From Octopus vulgaris (Eukaryota), in the NCBI GenBank assembly GCA_951406725.2, contig OX597831.1, positions 78,616,001-78,680,000 of the forward strand: a stretch of 64,000 bases of DNA, given 5' to 3'. Shown here in pieces: positions 13,911 through 26,720 of this stretch (its first letter is position 1; every line of letters starts with the position of its first letter). Position numbers and translations under genes: made by a program. The notes beneath the pieces were generated by a model, which saw nothing but the letters and a program-made list of their open reading frames with translations, was not told the DNA's origin and did not search any database.

Positions 13911-14310
13911 GAGGCGGCGAGCTGGTAAAAACGTTAGCATGCCGGGCGAAATGCTTAGCGGTATTTTATCTGCCTCTACGTTGTGAGTTCAAATTCCTCT
14001 GAGGTCAACTTTGCCTTTCATCCTTTCGGAGTCGATAAATCAAGTACCAGTTACGCACTGGGGTCAATATAATCGACTTAATCCGTTTATCTGTCCTTGT
14101 TTGTCTTCTCTACGTTTAGCCCCTTGTGGGTAATAAAGAAATAGGTATTTCGCCCGTCTTTACGTCCTGAGGTCGAATTCTGCCGAGGTTGACTTTGCTT
14201 TTCATTATTTCGGGATCGAAAAATAATTACCAGTTTGGTACTGGGGTCGATGTAGTCTACTATCTCCCCCCGCTATATCTCAGGTCTTGTGGCTTTCGTA
14301 TAAAGGATTA
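13911..14310 (+). mobile_element. SINE family B, dimeric form
   Basis: ggcggcgagctgg head, gagttcaaatt B box, conserved gcctttcatcctttcggggtcgataaa..agtaccag domain present twice. Confidence 0.9.
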
Positions 14311-14388
14311 TTTTGTTTAGAAAAACAAAAAACGAGTGTTTATTTACTTTTAAAATGTATATTGATATATATATATATATATACATAT

Positions 14389-14545
14389 AGGAGTGGCTGT
14401 GTGGTAAGTAGCTTCCCTACGAACCATATGATTCCGGGTTCAGTCCCAATACGTGGCATCTTGGGCAAGTGTCTTCTGCTATAGCCTCGGCCCGATCAAA
14501 GACTTGTGAGTTAATTTAGTAGAGGGAAACTGAAAGAAGCTCTTC

Positions 14546-14593
<48 letters not shown>

Positions 14594-14820
14594 ATGTGCT
14601 TGTGTGTCTGTGTTTGTCCCTCCCAACATAGGTTGACAACCGATGCTAGTGCATTTACGATCCCGTAACTTAGCGGTTCGGCAAAAGAGTCCGATAGAAT
14701 AAGTACTAGGCTTACAAAGAATAAGTCCTGGGGTCGCTTTGCTCGACTAAAGGCCGTGCACTCACATGGCCATAGTCAAATGACTGAAACAAGTAAAAGA
14801 GTAAAAGAGTAAAGAGTAAA
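14389..14820 (+). mobile_element. SINE family A, full length
   Basis: ggagtggctgtgtggtaagtagc through the (AGTAAAAG)n tail. Confidence 0.92.
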
Positions 14821-14827
14821 GTGTATC

Positions 14828-15138
14828 GCGGCACTCCGTCGGTTACGAGGGTTCCAGTTGATCTGATCAATCCACTTAGTTCTCGGGGAGATTCAGCGTG
14901 ACACAGCGTGCGACAAGGCTGGCCCTCTGAAATACAGGTACAACAGAAACAGGGGGAAAGTGTGAGAGAAAGTTGTGATGAAAGAGTGCACCAGGTATCG
15001 CCAACACCCTCTGCCAGAACCTCCTGGGGTTTACGGTGTTTTCGCTCAATAAACAATCAAACCGCCCAGTCTGGGAATTGAAAGTGCGACCCCATGATCG
15101 CCAGTCTGCTCCCCTAACTACTGGGCCATTACGCCTCC
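14828..15138 (-). mobile_element. SINE family D variant
   Basis: Reverse complement has a tRNA-like head (gtaatggcccagtagttaggg...ttcaattccc) and shares its 3' part with 12480-12650. Confidence 0.75.
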
Positions 15139-15219
15139 ACACACACACACATACACACATATATATACACACACATATATGTATATATATACATACATAT
15201 ATATATATATATATATATG

Positions 15220-15290
<71 letters not shown>

Positions 15291-15348
15291 ACCAACTTAC
15301 TTAGAAATAGATGCGTGCGTTCCGTCATATAACAAATTAATAAATTAA

Positions 15349-15601
15349 GCATATGCATATATACATATATGTACGTACCTACATCTACATGTATATATAC
15401 ATGCATATATGGATACAGGACACCCAAAAAAACGTCGAACACAATGAGAAACGAAAACATAAAAACAAAACCAAGGAAATGGACATTTTTGTTAAACAAC
15501 GAAAAAATAGAGTACAGGACATACAAAACAAGGAAAATCTCCGCATGTATGTATACATGTAGAGGTAGGTACGTACATATATGTATGTATATATGCATAT
15601 G
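15349..15601 (-). repeat. Dispersed repeat family C, fragment with inverted terminal duplication
   Basis: Shares acaatgagaaacga.aacataaaaa with 17975-18270 and 35434-35830; 15349-15403 is inverted at 15542-15601. Confidence 0.65.
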
Positions 15602-15617
15602 TTTTGTTTAGTTACTA

Positions 15618-15670
<53 letters not shown>

Positions 15671-15694
15671 ACTATGTCTATGTGGGTGTGTGTA

Positions 15695-15812
15695 TGATAG
15701 GCTTCTTTCAGTTTCCGTCCAACAAATTCACTCGTGAGGCTTTGGTCGGCTCGAGACTATAGCAGAAGACATTTGCCCAAGGTGAATCCGGCACCATGTG
15801 ATTAGGAAACGA
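15695..15812 (-). mobile_element. SINE family A, 5' fragment
   Basis: ggcttctttcagtttccgt...gaagacatttgcccaaggtg. Confidence 0.75.
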
Positions 15813-16013
15813 ACCTAGCACAATGGTTAAGAGCTGGATACACCGACAGGCACACAAAGACAGAATATAAAATAAAAATAAAAACAAGTACTATTCTATG
15901 CTTCAATGTTTTTTTTTTTCAGTTTTATTCTTTTTATTTTGATCTGCTTTTCTTCCTCCATTTTTCTATTTACAAGAAAATCTCCTTCATTGATATCTGT
16001 TTCTCTTTCCACA

Positions 16014-16055
<42 letters not shown>

Positions 16056-16390
16056 GCTACTATTTTCGTTCTTTTCCTTCCTTGTCTCCGCTTCCTAATA
16101 AGTCTTTGTTGCGCTCTCTTTCAAATACATGACGCACTTGTCTACCAGCTAGGCTAAATTAAATGGAAAATCTAGATTAAGTTAGATAATATGCAATTTC
16201 ATTTCAGGAATCGATCTCTCAGACTTCATTTCGTTTGGCGTGTTTTCCTTCCGACACATCACGGTTTGTTTAGCAAGAATTTGTTTATTCAATGCTTACA
16301 GCAAACCTCTCTTTTCGTGTAGCGAGATGCTCTCACGCGTTTTGAAAGAGTTAGACAACGCTCTCAATCCCACATACATATATGTATCTG

Positions 16391-16448
<58 letters not shown>

Positions 16449-16985
16449 AACATATATGTATACCCGCATATATATATATATATGCATACGTACCTATGTG
16501 TGCATGCGTATATATAATATATATGCATACACCACACATATATATATACACACGTACATACGTATATACATAATGCATATAACTATCTATCTATCTATCC
16601 GCCTGTCTGTCTGTCTACTTGTCTATTTATCTATCTATACTATACACACATACATAGATATATATGAGTGTGCGTGCGTGTGTGTGTGTCTGTGTTGTAA
16701 ACACATACGTTATTCTGTGTATGTATATCGATAGATAGACTAACAGACAGATAGACAGGTAGGTATACACACACATACACACACACACACACAAACACAT
16801 AAACGTAGACATTCCCGACGTTGCAGCACTGTTATGTCCCTACAAAATTTAGAAAAAGAGATGAAGAGATAGCCTAAGAGAGAAATGCGATGGGGTGGAG
16901 AAAGGAAGAACATTTGGGCCTCGTCTTACCCATCATCCTCTACCCCTAGACTGTCTTACACACTTCTCCTGTAGTATATATATAT

Positions 16986-17036
<51 letters not shown>

Positions 17037-17042
<6 letters not shown>

Positions 17043-17765
17043 TAAAGGGTGAAATATAATTAATTTAATAAAATCAATAAATTTCACCTAGTAGTATTTC
17101 GGTATGGAAAAGGACCATATTCGGTAAAAATTTATATAATTATAATAATAAGGGGTTTTTGCAACAAGTTGCTTAAACAACATACCGAAAATTTTAGAAA
17201 TAGCAGCCAAAAGACAACTATTTCCTTTTACTACAAAAATATGTCTCCACAAACAACAATATTTGTAACTCACATATGGCAAAAGAAGAAGAAAAACAAC
17301 GAAACAACACAGTCTCCGGATTAATTATGGACGCACGTTTCTGGATTAGAATCGTAAAGTTCATTTCCTTATCAACATAATATTTCCCATAAATCTAGAA
17401 ATGCTAGGAAAAACTTACCTTTTATATATTCGACCAAGCGACATCGAAAGATACAAAAGTCTACTAGCATATCCACATTTATATAGACAAGCGAATTCGT
17501 ATCTCCATCCAAAATCCTACCACGTGTGTCACAAAACAGTACTGCCGAAACGAAGTTTTGTAGTTTTGTTGTAGGGGAGTAAAAGTATTCAGTACAGATA
17601 AAGGGTGAAATATAATTAATTTAATAAAATCAATAATGTTCACCTAGTATACCGAAATGCTACTATTTAGGAGGTACATACAACGTAGATTTGATGAAGA
17701 GAGTGATCTAATGTGCGGCACATAAGCTGAAGGCTTATACGTTATCTTCGACGGGAGAATCCTTC

Positions 17766-17770
<5 letters not shown>
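17037..17770 (-). mobile_element. Terminally redundant non-coding insert in (TA)n with a hammerhead motif
   Basis: ~56-bp direct repeat at 17037-17093 and 17593-17649, followed by a short inverted copy (17650-17665 vs 17089-17104); (TA)n on both sides. Confidence 0.65.
17324..17381 (-). ncRNA. Type I hammerhead-like motif, U3-A8 variant, GUC site
   Basis: Minus strand: attatg-TTGATAA-GGA...TCC-a-GAAA-CGTGCG-TC-cataat. Helix I is a perfect 6 bp. Confidence 0.65.
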
Positions 17771-17857
<87 letters not shown>

Positions 17858-17899
17858 ATATATCATATACATATATATATATATATCTGTGTGTGTGTG

Positions 17900-17958
<59 letters not shown>

Positions 17959-17974
17959 AATAATATATAAATAT

Positions 17975-18270
17975 ATGCATATATACATACATATATGTAT
18001 ATACCTACATAGATATGTATATATACATGCATATATGGGTACAAAACATCATAAAAACGTCAACAAAATGAGAAACGAGAACATAAAAAACAATAACATA
18101 GAAAACGAACTTTTTTTCGAACAACGAAAGAAATAAATCGAGAAACGGGACAACATAAAGAACAATACTTTCATCAGTTGTCCCCAGTTTTATCGACGCC
18201 GCGTTTCGAAGGTTGGGACAAGACGCGACTTCGTTAAAATAGACCTTCCCGCAAGGGAATAATATATTAA
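17975..18270 (-). repeat. Dispersed repeat family C
   Basis: Reverse complement matches 35530-35830 (gcgggaagg...acgaagtcgcgtcttgtcc...acaactgatgaa). Confidence 0.75.
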
Positions 18271-18394
18271 TATATTATTTATATTATTATATGATTGAAC
18301 GCCACGTATACATTTTCAAGTAAGTTTCGTCTTTATAATTCCGATGCACACTCTATCCCTCTCTATTCTTTCTCTTTATCTCCCTCTCTTGTTC

Positions 18395-18444
<50 letters not shown>

Positions 18445-18484
18445 TCTCTGTATATATATATTTATATATATATATGAATATATA

Positions 18485-18714
18485 TTGGGTTGGTGCATAA
18501 TTATTGCAGCTTTCTTCAACAAATTTTATTCAACAAAAACAATAGCAACATGTAACAAAAACATCTCTAAATGATTATTCTGGAGTATATTCACCATCTA
18601 CTTCAATTACTGTTTCCCATTTGCTTGGCAGACGGTCATGCCGTCATTTAAAGATGTTTTTGTTAAATATTGTTATTGATTTTGTTGAAAAAAAGCCATA
18701 ATAATTATGCACCA

Positions 18715-18718
<4 letters not shown>
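18485..18718. mobile_element. Mariner-derived MITE made of two inverted right ends
   Basis: TIRs ttgggttggtgcataattatt / aataattatgcaccagcca in TA context; minus strand encodes a transposase C-terminus DRLPSKWETVIEVDGEYTPE*; an extra solo TIR lies at ~18766-18790. Confidence 0.8.
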
Positions 18719-18768
<50 letters not shown>

Positions 18769-18788
18769 TTGGTGCATAAATTGTGTGG

Positions 18789-18854
<66 letters not shown>

Positions 18855-19140
18855 GTGTATGTATGTATATGTGTGTGCATGCTTGTGTGTGTTTGTCTGT
18901 GTGTATTTGTGGTGTGTGTGTGTGTGTGAACAACTCAGATACAAACAAACTTATAAAAATCTTGCTGACATGGTTTCCTTCCGAATTAATACTCTGACTT
19001 CCTCAATTGAAGACGAATTAAAAGAAAAGCGGTAATGATGCTGCTACCACTAATACTACTACCACCACCCACCACCCACCACCACAGCCATCACATCCAA
19101 GTATATTATTATTATCATTATTATTATTATTATTATCCTT

Positions 19141-19204
<64 letters not shown>

Positions 19205-19217
19205 GGTAGTAGTAGTT

Positions 19218-19293
<76 letters not shown>

Positions 19294-19515
19294 CAGTAGT
19301 AGTAACAAGCCAGAAACTTATAAGATCACGCCATCCTAACCCGAAATCTTTGGTCTAGGAAGGTTATATTAAGACAAAAGGAACAAGTGCCTCTCAATAT
19401 GTACGCGTGTACGTATGTATGTGCATGTTTATATATATATGTATATATATACATATGTATATATATATATATTTATATATATATATATACACATATGTAT
19501 ATATATATATATATG

Positions 19516-19548
<33 letters not shown>

Positions 19549-20187
19549 GCGTGTGTGCATACATACATATATACGCTTACACGCAAGCGGACTTGAAACA
19601 GCAGTTGTATTGGTCATTTTGCTGAGTGGTGGAAAATAGGTACATAAGAACCCGACTTTCATCTAACCTTGTAACTAGTAGTTGTTGTTATTGTAGTGGT
19701 GTAATAGTCGTAGTAGTGATCGTAGAAACTGTTTACTTATATATTTATATATACGTCTGCGTGTGTAAGTTGTAACTACGTAGACACACACGACAAATGT
19801 ACACACACACACACATGTGTGTGTGTGAGTACTTGTGCTAATATACAGGTTCCAGCCAAAGTTTCCTTCCACGTTAGGTACAAGAAGATGCAGGTTCCAC
19901 CAGTCTAGCTTCACTAATACCACGCCGGTCCCCATTTAAAATATGGGACTATTTTGTAACCAGTGTCACGTAGCCAATGGTGTGGCGCTAGTGTAGCTAA
20001 GCAGGAGATAGATCTTTCTCTACGTAGCTAATATGGGAAATTATTTTTCAGCTTGTATATATATATATATATATGAATAAATGAAAGAATGGAGTCGAAC
20101 GAAGGTGTTAACAAAATTCCTTTACTCTCGACATATGTTTCGAAGACATGCTGACGATAAACATAGGATAATTCATTCACCTATTTA

Positions 20188-20220
<33 letters not shown>

Positions 20221-20680
20221 ATATATGTATATATATATATGTATGTATATATATATTGTTGTATTTCGGAACGGTCATTTTGCCTGTTTAGTCAATAAAA
20301 ACACACGCACTATATTTTTATTATTATTATTACTAGTATTGTTGTTATACATACATACATACATACATACATACATACATACATACATACATACAAGCAC
20401 ACGTAATAATAATGATAATGATAATGATAATTATAATGATAATAATAATAATAAGTGGGTGTAAACACATGAACAAAATAAGAATAAACAAAAACAAATT
20501 ACACGAACGTATATAAACAGAAGAAAGAAATATTACAGGCATTTCCCCCCCACACACACTAACTAAACATAGACGCACATACAGATATACGCATGCACAA
20601 ATGAAGACACATACAATATAAATACAAAATGGCTGACGGTCAGTAAGGAGAGACACATAAATAAGAAAGAAGAAAGCAAA

Positions 20681-20725
20681 GGACCACTGATGAGGTCACA
20701 GGAGTGTGACGAAAGAACTCTGGCC
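20681..20725 (+). ncRNA. Minimal type I hammerhead motif with intact core
   Basis: ggacca-CTGATGA-g-GTCACA-ggag-TGTGAC-GAAA-GAAC-TC-tggcc. Helix II is a perfect 6 bp; helix I is short. Confidence 0.7.
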
Positions 20726-21057
20726 GAAATAAGATTAAGATTAATGTAATAAATAAAATGACCATTCCGAAATACAACAATATCTGTTTCAACACACGGT
20801 TTCACATAAAATATCTTGCACAGCAGATATATAAACGTATATATATATATACATACATATATAAGAGAAATAGCCACCAAGGTGGATTCCTAATATGCTA
20901 GAAGAAGACGCCTTACCACCTTTTGTTCTCAAAATTTTAGTAAACGTCAGAACATTTGCTAAGTATGCTAGGCCACTGGTTTAAATTGATATTAATTAAT
21001 AATATTAATTTCTGCCATCATTATTTAACTTTTATAAATATATATAGATATCTTTAT

Positions 21058-21137
<80 letters not shown>

Positions 21138-22026
21138 ATGTGCACGCGTGTGTAAATATTTATAATTTTATTGAAAGTGACTTCGAAATTTGGCAGGATA
21201 TATGGTTTATTTTTTAAAATGTCACAATTTCATTTGAGTGCGTGATTTAGGGACTGTCATAGTAAAGACAGACTTTCTGGAGAGGATATGGTATTCGAAC
21301 ATAAAACGAACGAAAATCTACACTGTTTTTACTATATCTGACGTTTGAGAATTACCCACGCATCAAACTGTCGGATGACAAACGCAGAATTCGTGGAGAA
21401 ATTGTCGGAAGCTTAACGCTTTCAAGTAAGTGCAATAATCAAGCACGAAAAGAATATAAGCACAAACATATTTGTGTCGGGGAAGAAAGTGCATTTGGAA
21501 TGTTAGCCCATTATGGGAACTCAAACCAGAAAAGACTATGGATACGAGCCAGAAGCTGTGCTGTAAAACAAGAACAACAATTACGAAAGCGACGACGAAG
21601 GCAGCGGCGGCGGCGGTGGTGGTGGTATTGTTGGCGGCGGCGGCAGCGGTGACAACGTCAACGACTATGATAATACGAATTAGTCTTTCTAACCTTGACA
21701 GAAGGCGAGGAATTTTAGAGACTCAAGTATTTGACTGGTTCTTTATTGTATAGATGATGATGGCGATGATGATGATGATTAGGAGGAGGAGGATGAGGAG
21801 GTGGTGGAAGAGGAGGACAATAAGCATTACGTTCATAATAATGTTAACGTTGTGAGTTATTAAGATGCCGTTCTAAATGAAATGTCACACTCGATAGGGC
21901 AGATAATGATGATGAAGATGATGAAGATGATGATGGTGATGATGGTGATGATGATGATGTCGATGACGGTAGTGATGATGATGGTGATGATGATGGTGAT
22001 GATGATGGTGATGATAAGGATGATGA

Positions 22027-22058
<32 letters not shown>

Positions 22059-22448
22059 ATGATGACGGTGGAGATGATGATGGTGATGATGATGGTGATG
22101 ATGATGATCATGATGATCAGGATCATGATCATGACGATAATGATGACTGTGGTGTTGTTGCTGTTGTTGTTGGTGGTGGTGGTGATGATGACGATGACGA
22201 TGATGATAATAATGATGACGATGATGACGACAGGGATGGAGGTATGGAGGTATTTAGCACTAATTAAAACATGGAGTTGACCTTCTACCGAAGGAAAAAA
22301 GATTCTATGGAAACTTTTACAATTTAATCATCAACGAATCATCACTCCCAACATCGCCATCTCCTTTGCCTTTATTATCATCACCATCATCGTCATGGTT
22401 ATCGTCGTCGATTTTCATAACTCCACCACTTCTAAGTAGCTTTTCCCA

Positions 22449-22491
<43 letters not shown>

Positions 22492-22584
22492 TGTAGTCAT
22501 GATGGGTATATTGGGCTTCGTATATTTTACCCCAGTATCACTTTGATGGCATGCACTACTCTCTCACTCAATATTAATAATAAC

Positions 22585-22706
22585 ATCCCGAAAGGATGAA
22601 GTGCAAAGTCGACCTCGGCGGAATTTGAACTCAGAACGTAGCGACGGGCGAAATACCGCTAAGCATTTCGTCCACCGTTCTAACGATTCTGCCATTTCGC
22701 CGCCTT
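22585..22706 (-). mobile_element. SINE family B, 5' part
   Basis: aaagtcgacctcggcggaatttgaactcagaacgt...cgccgcc. Confidence 0.85.
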
Positions 22707-22716
22707 CACATGACAA

Positions 22717-23200
22717 TGGTACCAACTTACACCGAAAAAGGTAATGTTCGAAAAGGAGAGGGCAAAAATCCTCTGGGATTTCCAAACAGACAGAGTACCG
22801 AAGGCCGGATATAGTGATCTTTAGGAGGGACAAACAAGAGGGCCTAATAATCGATGTGGCAGGAGATCAACACATCATCAGGAAAGAAAGAGAAAAGGTT
22901 GATTAATATGGAGTCCTGAGAATTGAGATCGCCAAGATGTGGTAACTATGAGAGTCAAACATAGAAGTTAACCCCATTGTGATCAGAGCATTGGGTTGAA
23001 AACCACCCAATCTGAAGAAACATCTGAAAACCGTAGAGATACCCTACAGTTGAGATGTATTGCAAAAGTCGGCGTTATTTGGAGCTGCACACATATTGCG
23101 CATAGTATTGTCTGTCTGAGATCCTTGTTGTGACTTGACAAAGAGTACAAATCTTCCGGTGGACACTATATCTTCATTTAACAGCCTCACGATATTGTAT
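22717..23200 (+). mobile_element. R4/Dong-like non-LTR retrotransposon 3' fragment (restriction-like endonuclease, decayed)
   Basis: KILWDF..RRPDIVIF..LIIDVA..KEREKVD*Y..PIVIRALG..LQKSALFGAAHILRIVLSV* (PD..D RLE signature). Confidence 0.82.
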
Positions 23201-23214
23201 ACTGTGTGACGCAA

Positions 23215-23609
23215 CAAGGTATGCGATACGGAAGAAAGAAAAGTCGATAGATGTGACAGGTTAGTTTGGGAGGTTAAGCAGTTGTGGTCGACGAAAAAGG
23301 AGGCAGTAGTACCAATAATTGTCGGATCCCTGGGAAAAATGAGCAAAAATCTCGAGAAGTACATGGAACAAATAGGGGCTGCAATAACGGTAGAGCACTT
23401 GCAGAAAACAGCACTGCTTGGAACCGCTCGAATACTCCGGCTGGTGCTCAAAAAATAAGGCGTGTTACTTTAGATCATTGGTAGTGAATAGCTGACACCG
23501 TAGTACATCCCCAGCATTAGAAGCTGTGCAAAGGCAAGAAGAAAAAGAAGAAGAATAGAACAACAAACACAACAAAAACAACAACAACAGCAGCAACAAC
23601 AACAACAAC

Positions 23610-23640
<31 letters not shown>
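23215..23640 (+). mobile_element. Second R4/Dong-like 3' fragment (different family) with UTR and AAG/AAC/AAT tail
   Basis: EERKVDRCDRLVWEVKQLW..VVPIIVGSLGKMSKNLEKYMEQIG..LQKTALLGTARILRLVLKK*. Confidence 0.82.
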
Positions 23641-24206
23641 GCCCTGATGCAGTACCAGGCAGTGACTCTCATGGCTTCTGATCTTAACTGATTGGAAGTG
23701 TTATCATGTACATTGTTTTGTCTTGGTATAAAAGATGGGATACAGCAAATATTCTGCTCAATACCACAGATTTGCTTGTCAGTTGTTTGACCTTAACCAG
23801 TTGAGCATGTCTCTTAGTGGCTGACGATATGTGCATCTCTGATCATGAGCAGAAGTAGTGGGGGAGCATCATAGCCATGTGTTGAGAGGGATTCTTTGGA
23901 GTTTGAATAATTCACCCCTGGAAACATGGGTTTTTTGTTCAACATCCTTAAACAACCCTTATTCAGGGACCTTTTGAGCAGGATGGGATACTTGACCTGA
24001 AGAAAATTCTAACTGGGCCCCACCTGCAAGGTCATGTGCTGCTTATCTTGACATTACATAACCATGTCGCACACATATGGTTGTGATGCATGTGCCTGGT
24101 GTACCCTTATCAGACGGGTAGTCATGATGGGTATACTGGGCTTCGTAAATTTTACCCCAGTGTCACTTTGACGTTCTGCCCTCTCACTCAATAATAATAA
24201 TAATGA

Positions 24207-24269
<63 letters not shown>

Positions 24270-24270
24270 G
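23641..24270 (+). mobile_element. Non-coding retroposon or LINE 3' UTR ending in (AAT)n
   Basis: Flanked by (AAT)n on both sides; its last ~75 bp recur at 22496-22580. Confidence 0.6.
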
Positions 24271-24289
24271 AAGAAGAAGAAGAAGAAGA

Positions 24290-24590
24290 ATGGTTTCAGA
24301 TTTTGATACAAGGCCAGCAATTTCGGTGGAAGTTTAAGAGGCTTACATCTCCAACAGTATGCAACTGGTACTTCTTTTATCGACCTTGACAGGATGAAAG
24401 GTAAAGTCGGCTTCGGTAGAATTTGAACTCAGAGCGTAAAACGAACAAAATGCCGCTAAGCATTTTGCCCCTTGTGTTAACGATACTGCCAGCTCGCCGC
24501 CGTAAACGGTTTCAAATTTCGGCACAAACGCAGTAATTTTAAGTGTGATGATATGTCCATGGCATCAGCCCCAGTACTCAGCTGGTACTT
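24290..24590 (-). mobile_element. SINE family B, one full copy plus a partial copy
   Basis: tggtttcagattttg...gccagctcgccgcc. Confidence 0.8.
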
Positions 24591-24931
24591 ATACATCAAT
24601 GACTTGTCTATCTCTCTTCTGTCTGAGGATGAGGAGAATAAAATATCTCGGAATCGATGGCAATGTTGTATACGTTGCTGCTGAGAGTAAAACCGGAATT
24701 ACAAAAGGGTGCTTCCGCAGACACCGGAGAATACGGAACTCAGAGCACAAGATTATTACAGTACAAGTGCTAGAGAACCAGCATTTTGGATATTGGTGAT
24801 AACGTACTTACCTACGCTTCTTCGTCTCTGTCTGGAATCTTGCAAGTTTCAAAACTCGTGATTCCAGGAATTTCCTGAGACCGGCATTTTCTTAACAATA
24901 TAATTAAATTAATATTTACAATATAAGTGAC

Positions 24932-26720
24932 GTACTGGCAGAAACGTTAGCACACCAGGCGAAATGCTTATCGGTATTTCGTCTGCCGATAGGTTCTGAG
25001 TTCAAATTCTGCCGAGGTCGACTTTACCTTTCATCCTTTCGGGGTCGATTAAATAAGTACCAGTTACGCAACTGGGATCGATTTAATCGACTTAATCCCT
25101 TTGTCTGTCCTTGTTTGTCCTCTCTGTGTTTAGCCCCTTGTGGCTAGTAAAGAAATAGGTATTTCGTCTGCGGTTACGTTCTGAGTTCAAATTCCACCGA
25201 GGTCGACTTTGCCTTTCATCCTTTCGGGGTCTAATAAGTACCATTTGCGTACTGGGGTTGATCTAATTGCTTGGCCCCCTTCTCCAAAAATTTCGGGCTT
25301 TGTGCCAAGAGTAGAAAAGAATATAATTACTACCACCTAAAGCGGCCTTCTGGAAGCATCGTTACCGCACGGGACAAAATGCTTAGCACCATTTCTTCGG
25401 ACTGAACGATCAGAGTTCAAATTCCACCGGGGACGATTTTTGCCTTTCATCTTTGGGGTGAGGGCAATAAAATATGTACCACTTAAACACTAGGGTCGGT
25501 GTAATCTTTTCTCCCACACTGGCTTTGGGAATTAAGAGATCCAGAGTTATACGAGTTATCTTCTCCCCCACACTGGCTGGCCTCGTGCCAAAATTTGGAA
25601 CCAGTATTATTGTTGTGTTAGGCGGTGAGCTGGCAGAATCGTTATAACGCTGAACAAAATGCTTAGCGGCATTTCATCCGTTTTCACGTTCGGAGTTCAA
25701 ATACCACCGTGGCCGACTTTATCTTTCCTCTTTTCGGGCTCGATAAAATAATTACCGGTTGACCACTGGGGTCCAATGTAATTGGCTTACCCCTACCCTG
25801 AAATAACTGATCTTGTGCCAACATTTGAAACTAATATCATAATATCAGGTAAGGGTGCGAGCTGGCAGAATCGTTAGCGCAACGGAGAGAACGCTTAGCG
25901 TTATTTCTACTGATTTTATGTTCTGATTTCACATTCCACCGTGAACGACTTTGCGTTTCATCTTTGCAGGATCGATAAATATGTACCAGTGAAACCAATA
26001 TCATATTTTCATCTAAAGGGGTGAGCTAACAGAATCGTTACCACACCGGAAAAATTGCTTCGCGTTATCTCTTCTGCTTTTACATGCTAATTTCAAATTC
26101 CATCGGGGTCGACTTTGCCTTTCATCTTTTCGGGATCGATAAAATAAATACCACTTGATCAATGGAGTCAATGTAAAATTTGAAACCAATATCATATTAT
26201 CATCTAAAGCAGCACTTAAACTTTTTTCATTCCTGTCTCCATTTTTCATCAGGATTTTTTTGCGTTTGGGACCCCAGGTATTAAATATGAACTAAAACAC
26301 TATTATCATTTTTGCTGAACAATATACATACAAAAACGTAGTTATATTATTTGTCAAAATAAAAGTAGTTTTAGGATTTGTGCGTTTGTAAAATAACATA
26401 TAAACTGAGATTCAAGCGTTTGAATTTAATTTTCGTGGCCCCAGAATTTTGCTTGCCGATCCCTTTTGGGGACGCGATTCATAGTTTAAGAAGCGTTACT
26501 CTAAAGAGTGAGCTTGAAAAAAAAATCCTTAGCGACCGGAAAAAAAATCCTTAGCGACATCTCTTCTGGCTTTATGTACTGCGATCAAATTCCATCGGGG
26601 TCGAATCTGCCTTTCATCCTTTCGGGGTTGATAAAATAAATATTAGTTGAACACTCGGGTTGTTGTAAAGGACTTATCCCTCGCACGAAATCGCTAGCCT
26701 TAACCTAAAACTTTCAACCG
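24932..26720 (+). mobile_element. Head-to-tail array of about 7-8 SINE family B units
   Basis: Repeated ggcggtgagctggcagaatcgtta...gcctttcatc.tttcggggtcgataaa..gtaccag units starting near 24932, 25160, 25340, 25620, 25852, 26015 and 26505. Confidence 0.85.
26210..26498. mobile_element. hAT (Charlie-like) MITE nested in the SINE array
   Basis: 8-bp TSD atctaaag / ctctaaag; degenerate TIRs cagcacttaaact / agtttaagaagcgtta. Confidence 0.6.

Noticed and set aside
18145-18245. Family C pieces CTGATGA and GAAACGCG as a hammerhead (also 35555-35645)
   Set aside because: No topology I tried gives all three helices with a UH site in either copy.
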